A stretch of 64,000 nt of DNA from Camelus dromedarius (lineage: Eukaryota), in the NCBI RefSeq assembly GCF_036321535.1, contig NC_087437.1, positions 104,100,001 through 104,164,000 of the forward strand. Direction: 5' to 3'. The position numbers and the translations under genes are program-made. Under the pieces are notes generated by a model. The model ran no database searches. It saw nothing but the letters and a program-made list of their open reading frames with translations, and was not told the origin of the DNA. Shown one piece after another: positions 39,471-53,204 of the stretch (position 1 is the stretch's first letter; each line of letters opens with the position of its first letter).

Positions 39471-42074
39471 GTACGTGATATGACTAATTCTGCATTTAGT
39501 AAAACTTTTTGCAAGAATTTAAATTTGTGATGTCTCTAAGTGAAAAACAAATGAAGAAATACATAGGTAGGCTTACTTGGAGAGGTCAACATACATTGCT
39601 TGCATTATATGGTTATTATACTATTCATGGAAAATAAATGTTACACTACCTAATTCAATTGATATTTGATGTCTGGGATTAGATGCCCCTCACTTTTTTG
39701 ATCAGGTCTGCTGCTTGCATTTGTATCTTTATGTGGATGCTGAGAAGTCAAAACATAAGATGAAAATGTTATTCTGTTAAACAATACAGTATCCCTCCCA
39801 ACATTCCTTTTTTGCCATGCCTTTACAATTTCCTTATCTTTCCGACTAAGATAATGCACAGTGTTCAACACATTCTTATTCTTAGGACTAGGGTCAGAGT
39901 CAGATCTTGAAAACAAGAATGCAATGCTCAAAGCCTTCCCACCACTTTTATCTCCCATATAGCAGCATTTTGTTGATAAAATAACAAAATTCAGAAACAG
40001 CAGGCAAGCATGATTTCTTTCAAGATAAACAGAGCCTACCAGAACAGCTGATCTCAAAGATTACATGTTTGACAGATGCTTTCTGTATCTCTTCATTGAT
40101 GGCAGCCACTTAAAGTTTTCGAAGACTTCATTACCATAGATAACTACTATAAACAGTAGTCCACTACTATAAATAGTCTGGTTGCTTGCCATAGTATAAG
40201 CAATTATTTTGAATTCTTACTGGATAGTATTAGTGTCTGGGTATTTTCTTCAGCTTTTTACCAAAGATAGAAAACTCATCACAAACCCTTATTCTTCCTC
40301 ATTTATGTAAGATGTTTCATTATTATCTACTAAATATAGAGGATACATACCATATAAAATATTGAAATACATTTATATAACTGGCTAACAGATAAATAAT
40401 GCTATCTGGCACTTACAGGATTTCAATGCAAAGCTCTAGATTTCTTTCATTCAATAAGTATTACTTGGGTTTCTCCTATATATTATATTCTAGCCCAGAG
40501 GCTCATAAATAATCATGAAATATATTATCATCCAAATGCTTTAAAGAAGCAATATCTCACTCCTTCACTTATTTAAATAACAAACCAACTATTATAATTG
40601 AAGTAAAAGTTCTGGGAAGTGTGTCTCCAACTCAAGAAGTTTGATCTTCCACATCATGTGTGTCAGCTATGTCCTACAGTTTCCCTCCATACTCTCAGTG
40701 TCTAGCACAGATTTGATCAAAACAAATATGAAAAAAAAAATAGATTCTGATTGAAGGGGAAAAAAGCAATTGCTATATAAGTCCTACAGAATTATAAAAA
40801 TGCTTCTGAAGAACAAAACTGAAGAAAGCATAATTATACCTGTATTTTCTGTGAAGTATTTTTTCAGAATATTGTGCTTATAGTAAACAACCTCATTGCC
40901 CCTAAAACATCATTCTGCTTTTCTTCTGCAGTAATAAAAACTCCAGCATTTTTATTTATTTTTTTAACATCTTTACTGAGATTCAGTACTCAGTCATAAA
41001 ATTTACCCACTTAAAGTCTACAATTTGATGTGTGTGTGTGTGTTTTACTATATTCACAGTTTTGCAACCATCACCAGAAACTAAATTTAGAACACTTTAA
41101 TCACCTACCAAAAAAACCTCTATCTTTTAGCAGTCACTCTCTATTCCTGGCCTCCTAAATCCTAGGAAACCACTAATAGATTTTCTGTCTCTATAGATTT
41201 GCCTATTTTGGATATTTTCTAAAAATGAAGCAATACAATATGTGATCTCTTATCATTAACATCTTTCACTTAGTATAATGTCTTCAAAGTTTATCCATAT
41301 TGCATCATGTATCAGTAATTCATTCATTTTTATTGTTGACTGGTATTTCATTGTAATGACAAACTACATTTTGTTTACCCAGATATCAGTTGATGAGCAT
41401 TTGGATTATTTTTATATTTTGTTAAGGACATTTTGTATCTGCATTTACAGGAATTATTAGTCTGCAGTTTTCTTTTCTTGTAATATCTTTTCCTGGTTCT
41501 GCTATCAGGAAAACTCTTGCCTCATTGAATGAGAGAACATGTTTCTTCCTGTTCTATGTTTTAGAAGAGTTTATAAAGTATTTGTGTTAACTCCATTAAA
41601 TGTGGGGTAGATTTTACACATGAAGTCTTCTTGGCTGGGATTTTATTTTGGGGATATTTTTAATTGACTAATTCAAATTTTTACATGTGATTTGTTTTCT
41701 GACACACTGGTTATTTAGGATTATGTCATTTAAGTTCCACATATTTGTTAATTTTCCCCAATGCTCTCTGTTTATAATTTCTAATTTAATTTTTAGTAAA
41801 AGAATATATTTTGCATTTTATAAATATTTATAATTATTTTAACTTTGTTTTAGAGACAAGCATATAGTATAATCTTTAGATGTTTCATGAGTGCTTCAGA
41901 GGAATGAGTATACTGCTATTTTGGGGTGGAATGTTCCATAGATACGATAGAACTACTTGACTTACAGTGTTGTTAAACTATTTTATTTCTGTGTTGTTTT
42001 ATCTATTATTGAATTTGAGATTTTGAGGTCTCCAACTATTATTGTTGATTTTTTAATTTCCATCTTTGATTTCT

Positions 42075-42223
42075 TCCTTTCTTTCTTTCTTTCTCTCTTA
42101 CTTTTTTACATTTTTTGATGGAAGTATAGTTGATTTACAATGTTGTGTTAATTTCTGGTATACAGCATAGTGATTCATTTATACAAATATATATATTCCA
42201 TTTTATGTTCTTTTTCATTATCA
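42075..42223 (-). mobile_element. Short younger L1 3' tail nested in the old L1
   Basis: 'gaagtatagttgatttacaatgttgtgttaatttctggt'. Near-TSD tccatctttgatt (42059-42071) / tccatctttaatt (42224-42236). Confidence 0.8.
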
Positions 42224-43157
42224 TCCATCTTTAATTCTTTCAATTTTGCTTTGTAAGAATTTTGGAGATCTTTGTTAGGTGCATATATGTTTATCATTTT
42301 TGTATCTTTTTCATTGATTGACACTTTCATCATGATGAATCATTCCTTTTAATTTCTGGTAACTTTTTTTTAAGTCTATTTTGTCTGGTAATAATGTAAA
42401 TATTCTTGCATGGCAAGACATGGTAAATCCTTTTCCACCCTTTTACTTTCAACTTACTTGTGTCTTTACATCTAATGCAATTCTTGTAGACAGTATATAG
42501 CTGGATTTTGTTTTTTTTTTTTTTTTAATCCAAACTGATAATTTGAATCTTTTTTGATTAGGCATTTTAAGACATTCACATTTTTGTTATGCTTATATGG
42601 TTGGATTTTCAGCTGTCATTTTGCATTTTGCTTTTTATATGTCTAATGTCTTTCTGTTGATCCATTCTTCCTTTACTGGCATCTTGTGTTAAATAAATAT
42701 ATTCTATTTTAACATTTTAAGAGTTTTAATTATAACCGAAAATTGATTTAGTGGTTTTTTCCAATACCATATCATTGTCATTTTACTTTATATAAGTTCA
42801 CATCTTTTAAAGAACAGGATGAGAGTGAGTACATATTTATAGCTTGTTATATTGTTTTGCATTGACGATTTCTATTTCTCTTTCTTTCCTCTGTGTTTTT
42901 CACTTACCGTCTGTGTCATTTCCTCCCTCAAGTACAGCTTTGTTCTGACAGACCTCATTTGAGTTGTTTTGTCAAATATGTTACATTTTACATGCTATAA
43001 GTCCAAGAATATAAAATATATATATATATATATAGTTTTATGCAGTTGCCTTTTAAATCAGTTAAGAAAAAAATAAGAATTATGCAATTATGCTGTATTT
43101 TACAGTTACCACATAATTGTCTTTACTGGCTCTCCGCTTTTTTCTGTCATTCAAAAA

Positions 43158-43282
43158 ACGAGTATATGTACTTACATGTATGACTGGGACATTATGCCAT
43201 ACACCAGAAATTGACACATTGTAACTGACTATATTTCAATTTAAAAAATAAATAAACATAAAGCATGTAAACTTGAAAAAAA
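43158..43282 (+). mobile_element. Short younger L1 3' tail nested in the old L1
   Basis: 'acaccagaaattgacacattgtaactgactatatttcaatttaaaaaataaa'. Confidence 0.8.
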
Positions 43283-46200
43283 TCACTATCTGTTATCACT
43301 TGCTTTTAGTCTGAAGAAATGCATTTGGAATTTCTTGTCAGGCAGGTGACAGGAATGAATTCTCTCAGCTTTTGTTTATCTGGATCACACTTTCTGTGTG
43401 TTTTATGGGTCTCTTAATATTTGTTGAAATGTGGAAACTTCAGATAATAGATTGTTGCTTCTCCAGATACACTTTTGGTTTCCTCTGTCTCCTTCTCCCT
43501 AGAGGTTGATGCTGTTGTTGTATATTTGCTTGGTCATTTGTTTATTTGTTTAGTGATTTGGCTTAATTTATTTTGTAATGTGTATTTTCCCCGCAGAGTG
43601 CAGCCTCTGATGTCCTAGATTTCTTTTCCTCATTTTTTATCTTTAGACCGGTCTAATTAGGGGTCTCCTCTAGGTCAGGATAATTCAATTATTGGTCAAA
43701 AGTTACACCTATGCCCCTTTGCCAATTAGATCTTTTACCTTCTTACCTTTGAATATGTGTGTGGCTTGGATGTCACAGTTCAAGGAGATATGCTTTTCCC
43801 CTGTGTTCAGCCAGGGACTGATAGCTCAGATACTCTCTCTCTGATCACTGTGGAGAGGGTGCAGCCTTGCGTATACATAAATTCTTCCAGATTGTCAAGA
43901 ATAAATGCGATTTTATTTCTAATCCTGGTTTCTTAGGAGTCATCCGTGGGTCAGAGTAGCTTTCTGAACAGCCAACACACTGAGATGTTATACTTCAGCC
44001 TCCTGCACCAGTGAATCTTCTGCTGATTTTAGCGGTGTCTGTATGTGGTCAGAGAATATGTTCATTGTTTTCAAATCTGCCCAATGCCTTGGGCAGTGGT
44101 GGAGCCTAATATACTGACTCTGATCCTAAGAGGGCTCTCCTTGGCTGCCTCTTTTCGGTGTTTTCTCTTTAAAATTCTGGTTGCTCTTTCGTTTATTACC
44201 ACTATTATCATGGGACACTAGCACAATTGCTATCCTCACTCCACTTTCCTGAAATTCTCCAAAGGGCCTTTAACTTTTGAATGGGCACATGACTATCCAT
44301 ATGAAGTAGCATTTCTAGACATCCTTGCATGCTGATGTGGCAAAGTGACTAATTTCAGACCTAGAAATGAGAAAAGCCATGGGTATATTTTCAGAATGTT
44401 TCCTTGCCTTCTCTCCTTCCTCCATCCTTCTGCTTGGTACATGGATAGAATGGTTAGAGCTCCATCTTATAACTTGAGAAGAGGAAAGAACTCCAGGAAG
44501 AGTGAAACAAAAAGCTGTAAACAACATTCTGGATCCCAAAGAACTGAAATACACTGAGATGACTTTATTTTACTTTTTATGTGATAGTTAAGTATAATTA
44601 TTTTTTGCCTAATACACTTTTATTTGACTAACAAGTAGAAATTCCCCTAATACCAATCAAATTTTCTTTTTCTCAAGCAATCTGAATTACTCATGTACTT
44701 CTTTGGTTAACTTACATATGTAGAAAACTTAAAGCACAGTCCTGCCCAGTAGTATTCCATATATGTGATTTCAAAAGTCACAAATTAAGTTGACTCAGAT
44801 TTTTTATACACCTCCCTTTAATGTCTATTAGCCTCGCTGCACTTTTATTGTAATTATTTGTAACACGTTTGTCACCATATTCCCCTTGCTTTCCCTCAAT
44901 TAACTAATGCAACCCTTGATATCTTACTCACTTTTGAGTCACCACTGTGACCAGCACTTAGCTAGTCCTTGAATAAATACTAATAAATTTTGCTAATTGG
45001 ATAATACTTGGATTTTATCAAGCTCGTATAGGAAAGAGAAAAATACTGAGAATACAAAAAGGAAGTATAAAAAATCAAGTTCCAAAGGAAACTGCAATCT
45101 ATTTGTACAAAAGAAGACATAAGAAACTAAAAGTAATGGAAGATTAAGTGATATATTAAGGTAAAGGCAAAAGGGTAACTCTGGATGTTCATGTAAAATA
45201 AACCCAAGAAAACCTTTGAAGAAAGTTTAAAGCTAGAAAACTAAAGCAGAACAGAAAGGCAATAAAAAGAAGACAATGTGTTTTTTAAACAGTAATTACC
45301 TAATTGTGACTATTAGAATTAATATGAATTTTTCCATCTTGTAATCTCCCCTAGCCCCATTTATTGTATTCTCCATTTGAAAAGTAGAATATAAGGTTCT
45401 GACATCTATCTTCTACCACTTACAGGGGGATATATATGTTGTGATTGATTTTACTTCTCAAATAAAATGATTTAATAGTAATAAATAATAATAAATGAAT
45501 CCTCAACCAACTGAAGTATTAAGCAGCACCAATCAACACCAGGTACAAAACTGGGCTTTTCTGCTGGTACCAGGACTGAAGGTGCAGAATCCACTCACTT
45601 AGTCTTCTCACAGTGGCCCCTATGTAGTTGCTCATATTTACAGGCAAGTTTCACAACTGTTACCACAGGAAATTACTGAGATTGCACACATTTTCACATA
45701 CTTAACACACAATCTTTTACAAAGCATATTTGCTCCTCTACAACTCAATTTTATTTTCGTATGACTAGATGATGAATACTCTTAAAGCTCTGTAATAAAA
45801 GGTGATTTCTACCTAAGATTTGCAAATAAAGTTCTTATGGCTAAGAGATAAAAAAAACTCAATATAGCTTGCTTTTGGATTTTGCAACATACAGATTAAT
45901 GTTCCTTTTATTGACTTCTCAAACTTTTCTACTTTTTTCAAATTTAAAATTCACTAAGTTGGTTCCGATTCAACAGCAATATCATATATTTTTTTTTCAA
46001 TCACAGAATTAGCTTAACAAATTTCTACTCAGCGCTTATACTGATTTTCTCTTCTAAACCAGACCAACAATCTATTTTCATCCAAGATACATGTGCTCAA
46101 AGGACCAAAGATTTTCCTATTTGGCAAACGTATCCTCACAGGTACTGAAGAACTTATTTATACTGTGTTTATGTGACTTGGAAGCAGAAGTTAATTAGCT

Positions 46201-46719
46201 TATCTGCTCTAGTCTAATTTTAACATTATTTATTTATTGTAGAAAAAATACAAGTCAGCATACTTCAGAATAGCTATTTATTGCATTCATACTATTAGTG
46301 GACTGAAAAAATAGCTTATTTATTTTATCAGATACAAAATAAATTATTTTAAAAATATTATTTATTCACTTTAAAATTCTAGAAATGTATAATCATTTAA
46401 AAAATAAATCTAAGCCACATCATCCATATATGCTCTGTAACACACATTTAAAAAAATCAAAATGTGCAGAGAAGTATAAAATAAAGGTAAAGTTTTCTTA
46501 CAACTTATTCCAAATCTTTCCTTTCTAAGTCATTCTTGGTTATCAATATATATTTTCCTAAAAGAAAATATCCTGTCAGTACACCAGCATCTTTACACCA
46601 TATCTGTACATGTGTGTGTATACACATATACATATACCCACATATATGTGTATATATGGGTATATTTTATATATGTATAATTTACAGAGAAGAGCACAAA
46701 TAGTCATAGTTCTACAGTG

Positions 46720-46935
46720 ATAACAAAAGTTCTATGAGTACTTACTAAGGCATTGATAAGTTGTGTATAGATTTTTAGCTATTAAAAAAGAAAAGGTTTT
46801 ACTAGCCAATGAGGTTGATTTGGTTTTACCACTACATTAGAAATGAAGAATTTCTAATAAAGAAAATTTGTGAATTCTCTGGGGTCACAAATCCAGGAAA
46901 TATTGAAGTTAAGATTCAAAACCAGAGGCTAAGTC
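46720..46935 (-). mobile_element. MIR fragment
   Basis: 'atttgtgaattctctggggtcaca...gaagttaagattcaaaaccag'. Confidence 0.45.
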
Positions 46936-48585
46936 CACCGTTACTTTTTTTTAAAATTTTCCTTTGTAAACCCATTATTTTTATTAATATATTAATATCA
47001 CTCTTACCATGATTTGTTCATATATTGGCATGGCTGCTCCTTAAAATGACAGAATTACGACAAAGTGAGGGAAGGTCTGGATTCTACAATTGCATTAGAA
47101 ATTATGTCTTTATTGGGTTTCTAAGTAAAATAACAAAGCAAAATAGGAAATATCTGAAGAAAAGACAGAAAATATTTACTCACCCAAATAATTCTTAGCT
47201 GATTTTGAGTGGTGGTACATTTTGAGCATCAGACAGGAAGTCTGAGTTCCTGAATTCCACTCACCCTTCTTGGAATCCAATGCATCATGCACTCTTATTC
47301 AAACATATTTTCATATCATGAAATAATATTTTCCATATCAATTCTAGCTAGTTTAAAAATTGTATCTTGTTGTAGAAATCATGATGATGGCCTTTGAATT
47401 CAAAGTCAGTGTGCAATCTCTTTCTTAGCTTACTTGTAATCTCCTAAATTTAGCTAGCTTGTCAAAAGAGGAGTCTGCAATGCACAACTTAAGACTAGAT
47501 TGAAAAGGCTCTGCACATGGGCAGAAAGAGGAACTGAAACCTTGACTGGATTATGTGTCTGCACATGAATAGAAGTATGTGAGATCACAGATGATACATC
47601 CCATAGAGAAATAGATAAAAAACATTAGATATCCCAAAATAATATTTATCCATATGTATAAATGAATCTATAGATTAAATGCTTAGGAAAATATAATTGT
47701 ATGCAAACCAAAATAGACATTGAGGTTAATGAGTTAAAAAAATTGAGGGACTTTTTTTCATATATTAAACCATAACTTTCAAGTTTGATTTTTTAGTTAT
47801 CTTAATATTGACTTATTTTTTCACTTCATAAGTTACAAAGATAAAACTGCAAAGATGTCAGAAGTTTTCTGTATTGAAAATTAATTATATGAAAGAATCA
47901 ATGAGTAGATACTGAGGTTCATGTGCATATTATGTGTGGTTTTCCTCATCTAGGTTACCATTAGTATGCTTTTTTTAGTTTAGGGGAAAGAAAATATAAA
48001 TATGTCCCAAATCGTTGTTTGAAAAACACTAAGAAACATTACGCTTAGATTATGTTAATGTTTACTAAATCTAAAATAGTTGCATTGTTATGTAACCTTT
48101 TCCTTTTTTATAGTAGTGGAAATAAATAAAAACAGCTTTTTGTTTGTATTGTCATTATTATGGTCCATTATTGCTGCTTCTGTATGCTTTTTGAATCCAT
48201 GAGATATCTTGAAAGAATTCTTGTAAATATCTTAAATAAGAGTCAAAACTAAGATATACTCTATGCCTTACTTTTTGTAATGATTGTAAGTGGAACAGAT
48301 GGCAGTTTATTTGTACTGCGTTTGTTAGAAACTGCATTTAGAATCATTTAATTTGTAGTTCAATATTCATATTTAAGATTAATGACATAAATTCCTTATT
48401 TTTTTGTTTAATACATAATAATTATTATAAATCTAGTAATTGAAATGCAAACACCATGTTAGAAAAGTCAGGTACAATCAAGTAATGTCTTAAGACATTT
48501 TGTATGTAAGTTCACCTTCAATGACCCATTATTTTAGTTAGGAAAAACTATAAGAACCCTCAAGGATATTAGATTTTGCCAACTA

Positions 48586-48635
<50 letters not shown>
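48586..48635. repeat. (ATCT)12 tetranucleotide microsatellite
   Basis: Perfect repeat seen directly. Confidence 0.97.
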
Positions 48636-49099
48636 TAAATAAAGAACAACTCCTATGAGCAAATTAGTTTCAGTTTGCAATTCAAATAATCAAATGAAAA
48701 GCTAAACATTTTTAATAGTATGCTCTTTTATGAACATGAATCTACCCACAAACTATTAGTCATATTATTTATCTACATAGTTGAACTTTCTTTAGAGATT
48801 GACAAAGATAATCTTTAAACAAGGTGGCTGATGACCTGACAAATAATAATTTATTAAATTTTTGATAAATTCTATTACTTGAAAAGGACCTAAATAGGAA
48901 ATTGTCTAGCTTAAAAACTGGCATGATTAAGGTATTTATCCAATAGTGAGCAGAATAAATTATTAGGCAGCCTACACATACCCTTCATCATGGTTCCCTA
49001 CATATATATATATATGTATATGTATATAAAATTAGGTGCAGCATCAGATCCTTCTTACTATGACCAAGGGATGAGAAACCCTACTTTGATTACCATAAA

Positions 49100-49840
49100 T
49101 ATTCAGCCAACATTCAGCTACTTTTCACCACCTCTTATGCTACCATTCTTATATGAGCCTCCAAATAATTTCACCTAGATAATCTTATGTAAAACCCTCT
49201 TAAACTGTGTTTCCTGCCTCTGCAACTATTCAGTTAAAGTTCAGTTAAAGAAACCTGAGAGGTATTTTGTTTTGTTTTGTTCATATAGCTGTTAGGTCAT
49301 GCTGTTTTCCTCTCAAATTTCTACAAGGGTGTTTCTTTCCATGGTGTCATGCAAGGTTCTACATCATTCCTCTACCCCAGTTATTTCTATGACTGTTCTC
49401 TCACTGCTCTAGCCTTCATAGATTCCATCCCAGGAGCACTTACCATCTTCTGGCTCCTTGCATAAAGCCAACAGGTTCTCACATTGGATCATTTTCACTG
49501 GCTGTGTCCTGCTCTTGGAAAATTCTTCTCCAAGATATGAACAAACCTAAGTTCTTATTTTTTTCAAATCTTTGCTCAAATGTCACCTTCTCAACCAGGG
49601 CTGCTCTGACATTCTATTAAATAAGCGTTACTTCCTTTCTTGGTGCTCCGAGTTTCTTTATCTTGCTTCTATTCTTTTTAATTTTAGGCATAACATTTAT
49701 TGCCTCACATAGTAGATAACATTTCTTCTGTTTTACTTGTCTCTTTAACTCTGACAAAATATAATTCCACAATGGCAAATAAATAAATGTTAAAAATTGT
49801 TGGATGGATGGGTGGGTGGATGGATGGGTGGGTGGGTGGG
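49100..49840 (+). mobile_element. L2 3' region ending in a (TGGA/TGGG)n tail
   Basis: 'ctttgctcaaatgtcaccttctc' is an L2 motif. End 'aataaatgttaaaaattgttggatggatgg'. Confidence 0.75.
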
Positions 49841-52379
49841 AGAGAAGTACGTATTTGGAAACTGTAATTAGCATTTTAAGAGGTAGCTTCCCTTATTATT
49901 TGAGTTGTTGAGTAGATGCTAAGGATGTGCTGCCAAATTTATTGCTTATTGCAGCAGTTACATTCTGTTCTTGCAAACACAGAATGCTATGATATTTGAT
50001 AATTAGTAAAGCACTAAATCAAAATAAAATCATATAATGATGTAATATGACCAAGTTTAAAAAACATGAAATTTAATCTAGAAGTATTATTATTATGTTC
50101 TCAGATGAGAAAAATAAAACATAGAAAGAAATCACGAACTGTCTAGTGCTTTCTTTCCAACAGGACACATTTTATATCACATTTCAAATCTCAAAATATC
50201 TATATATCTATATCCATACTTATATCCATATCCATTACAAAGGCATTTGCACATTCTGTTAATACATGTAAAATCTATGAAATAGAAAATGAAGATGAAT
50301 AGTAACCTTAGATTATGTTTAGTGACTCAAGGATTATTTAAAAGCAAAATAAAACTAAGTTTAGTTACTAATGTTTGAAATTGTGTATGCATAATTTATA
50401 CTAGCTTCTAATTTGGCAATCTAAGTATAAAATTTACTGTTAATTATCTCATGTCTTAAAGATAACCAAGGACATGTTATAATTTGAGTCAACAAAATAT
50501 GTTTATATAAATTGTAGCATTATAATATTATACAATAGTAAAAGCCCTTTTAAACTATTTTCACTAATATTTTTTATAATTAAGTGCAATATTTTTAAAC
50601 TTTCAGATAATTTGTGGAAACAAGAATTGCTTACTTGATCTTTAAAAGCAGTGTATATAATTTAAAAGTTTAACCATGAGAAATTAAACTCAAGTGTTAT
50701 ATAATGAAAACATTGTTGTCACATTCTATGTACAGAGGATCATATTATAAAAACATTAAAAAGCTGGTTTTTTAGTTTAAAAGTGTTTTGCCCCTAATTT
50801 GTTCAAAGTATCAGCTAAAATAAAAATACAACAAGAACTTTTTCTAGCATGATATATAATCTTTGTATTAGTTTTAAATGTACAGAGACTCTTAAAGTAA
50901 TGTATGATATCCCTTCATATTTTACAGTCTAGTAACAAAGATCATTTCTTCCTGATTTCTGACCTAATAGACAAAGTCATTATTAAATACGTAGTTGAAC
51001 TTCTTCCTTTGGGTTACAATCTGGGTAATAAATTTTAACACCCCAGCTATTTAATTAAAAACATTTGGTTTTATTTTCTGTCTTTTGAAAGTTACTGAGT
51101 TTATCTGGTTAGATAGTTCTAGAATATATAATAGAAAAAATAAACTATTAAATATTTAGTTTATTCAAGAAAAGAGATAAAGTGGCAGTGAGAAAGTTAA
51201 AAGAAAATGAAATGAAAAAGTGCTTGTCACCAATAGATACGAAATCATCTCCCTAAAAGGTTGATCTTCTTTCCTATAAGAAGTGAAGTAAGACTGGATA
51301 CAGGAAAACCCATTTTGACACAGAAGTCAAGGGTCACCATAACTTGTATCAAAAATACATATTTTAGGTCATTGCCAATTCCATCAACACTACATGGTTA
51401 AGAATCTTCTATCCCAGAGGTATACAAACAAAGAAGGATGATGCCATGATGTTAAACAAGATGGTTTCTCTTTTATATATAGACAAGACACAGAATTTCT
51501 ATTTTTAGGAGGGCTCCTTTTATCCTCTCTTCATTCTGAGATCTAGGAAGTTTGTATAAATACAACTTACAGGTCTGATTGTATTTGGAAGCCTCAACAT
51601 ACAACAAAACATGCAGGTCCTTGGATACTTGAGATTGTGTTTCCTTTTGTTCTAAGAGATTTCTAGTAAAAATCTTGTTTGTTTGTTTGTTTACATGTAA
51701 ATACCCCTAAAGCTGAGATTCTAAAATGTTCTTGTTGAAGAAAATCAGTTACAAAGATAAATATACTTATTAAAATTTTACTATAATGACATGAAGGACA
51801 CTTGTGACTGACCCACAGAGAATGCAGACAGTGAATGTCCCATGAGAACTGCAATAGCCAGTAAGAATGGTTTATGTGCAAACATGTATCGCTGGGACCT
51901 GACCAGATACTAACTGCCACTGACTGCGAGCCCCCCAAATCTACAGCTTTGAGCTGAAGGAACTATAAACTGCATTTCTTAGAGATAAAACATTAGGAGA
52001 GACAATAGTGCTTACAATGAATTTAAAAGTAATGCTAAGGAAAACTTCTCCTAATTTTGTCCCAAGTAAGTTGCTCTGAAGTACCTTAAATTCATTAGCC
52101 ATTAGGACAAACTCAAAGATTCAATCACTAAGCCAATGTTCATTTCTTTTTCATAGATTTCATTCTGAAAAGTGAGAACTTATGACACTGAACACATAGG
52201 TACCAAGAAAGGAAACAGTCAGTAGAAATTCCCTGTTCGAGAGCTAGAAGTTCTATTTTTCCAAGGACTAATACAACCATCAGAATTCAAAGTCCTGGGA
52301 ACTAAATATAAACCTTACACTGATAGACTCATCAGAACATTCAGAACTCAAATTCAAAAAAAAAATTACACTTTTCAGG

Positions 52380-53058
52380 GCCAGAATGAAGGATAAAACC
52401 CACATAATCATCTCAACAGATGCAAAAAATTGTTTGACAAAATTTCACACTCTTTTGTGATAAAAACTCCACAAACTAGGTACAGAAGATACTTACCCCA
52501 ATTTAATAAATGTGGTATATGAAAAGTCCACAGTTAACATCATACTCAATGGTGAATATTTGAAACTTTTTCTTCTAAGATCCAAAACTAGACAAGGATG
52601 CAGCCTCCCACCATTTTTTTGATGTGGTTATAGCAATATGCAGATCATACAATCTTTTGACTGGCTTCCCTTAACATTCTCTATTTATTTCTGTACCCTT
52701 TGTTTCAGGACTGTACATGCAAATAGTAAATGAACTTCTATTCAACATAGTACTCAAAGTCCTGGTCTGAGCAGTTAGGGAGACAACAGATATAAAATGT
52801 TCCAAATCAGAAAGGTAAGGACAACATTGTCTCTGAAGATGACATGATCTTATCTGTAGAAATCCTAAGGATGTCACAAAAAACTGTTAGAACTAATAAA
52901 TTCAGTAAAATTACAGGAGACAAACCAACATACAACAAAAGTTGAATTTCTATACACTAACAACAAACTATCCAAAAATAAAATTAAGAAAACAATTCTA
53001 TTTAAAATAATATCTAAAATAAAATACTTAGGAATAAACAGCAAGGAGGTGAAAGAAC
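52380..53058 (+). mobile_element. Decayed L1 ORF2 RT-region fragment
   Basis: 'cataatcatctcaacagatgca', 'gacaaggatgc', 'cttctattcaacatagtact', 'gatgacatgatc' (the FADDM region). Confidence 0.88.
52614..52734 (-). ncRNA. Probable H/ACA snoRNA/scaRNA-like retrocopy with oligo(A) tail
   Basis: Minus strand reads hairpin, H box AGAGAA (52682-52677), hairpin, ACA (52625-52623), 3 nt, A-tract. It interrupts L1 ORF2 precisely at 'cca|cttcta'. Confidence 0.6.
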
Positions 53059-53204
53059 ACCATGTTTTCACAATGTTTGCTGAAGAGTGTCTCTACCATC
53101 GCATTTGAAGTAGAGAACACTGCTTATTTAGACAAGACTTTGTTTTGCTTGATTCTAACAGTTCAACAGATTGGTAATTGAGAGCTTTCTTTTCATTTTT
53201 GTGG

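Larger units (their letters stand above)
40950..44265 (-). mobile_element. Old L1M (L1MB-like 3' end plus discontinuous upstream portions), decayed
   Basis: T-rich antisense L1 motifs: 'gtctctatagatttgcctattttgga', 'aagtctattttgtctggta', 'tgaattctctcagcttttgtttatctgg'. Confidence 0.8.
40878..44655 (+). mobile_element. MLT1J-like MaLR LTR split into two pieces (40878-40950, 44270-44655) by a 3.3-kb L1
   Basis: Left 'cattctgcttttcttctgcagtaataaaaactccag' continues on the right as 'gggcacatgactatcc...catttctagacatccttgca...gtgactaatttc'. Confidence 0.6.

Noticed and set aside
49229..49250. 11-bp tandem duplication ttcagttaaag x2
   Set aside because: Ordinary slippage duplication within a decayed L2.
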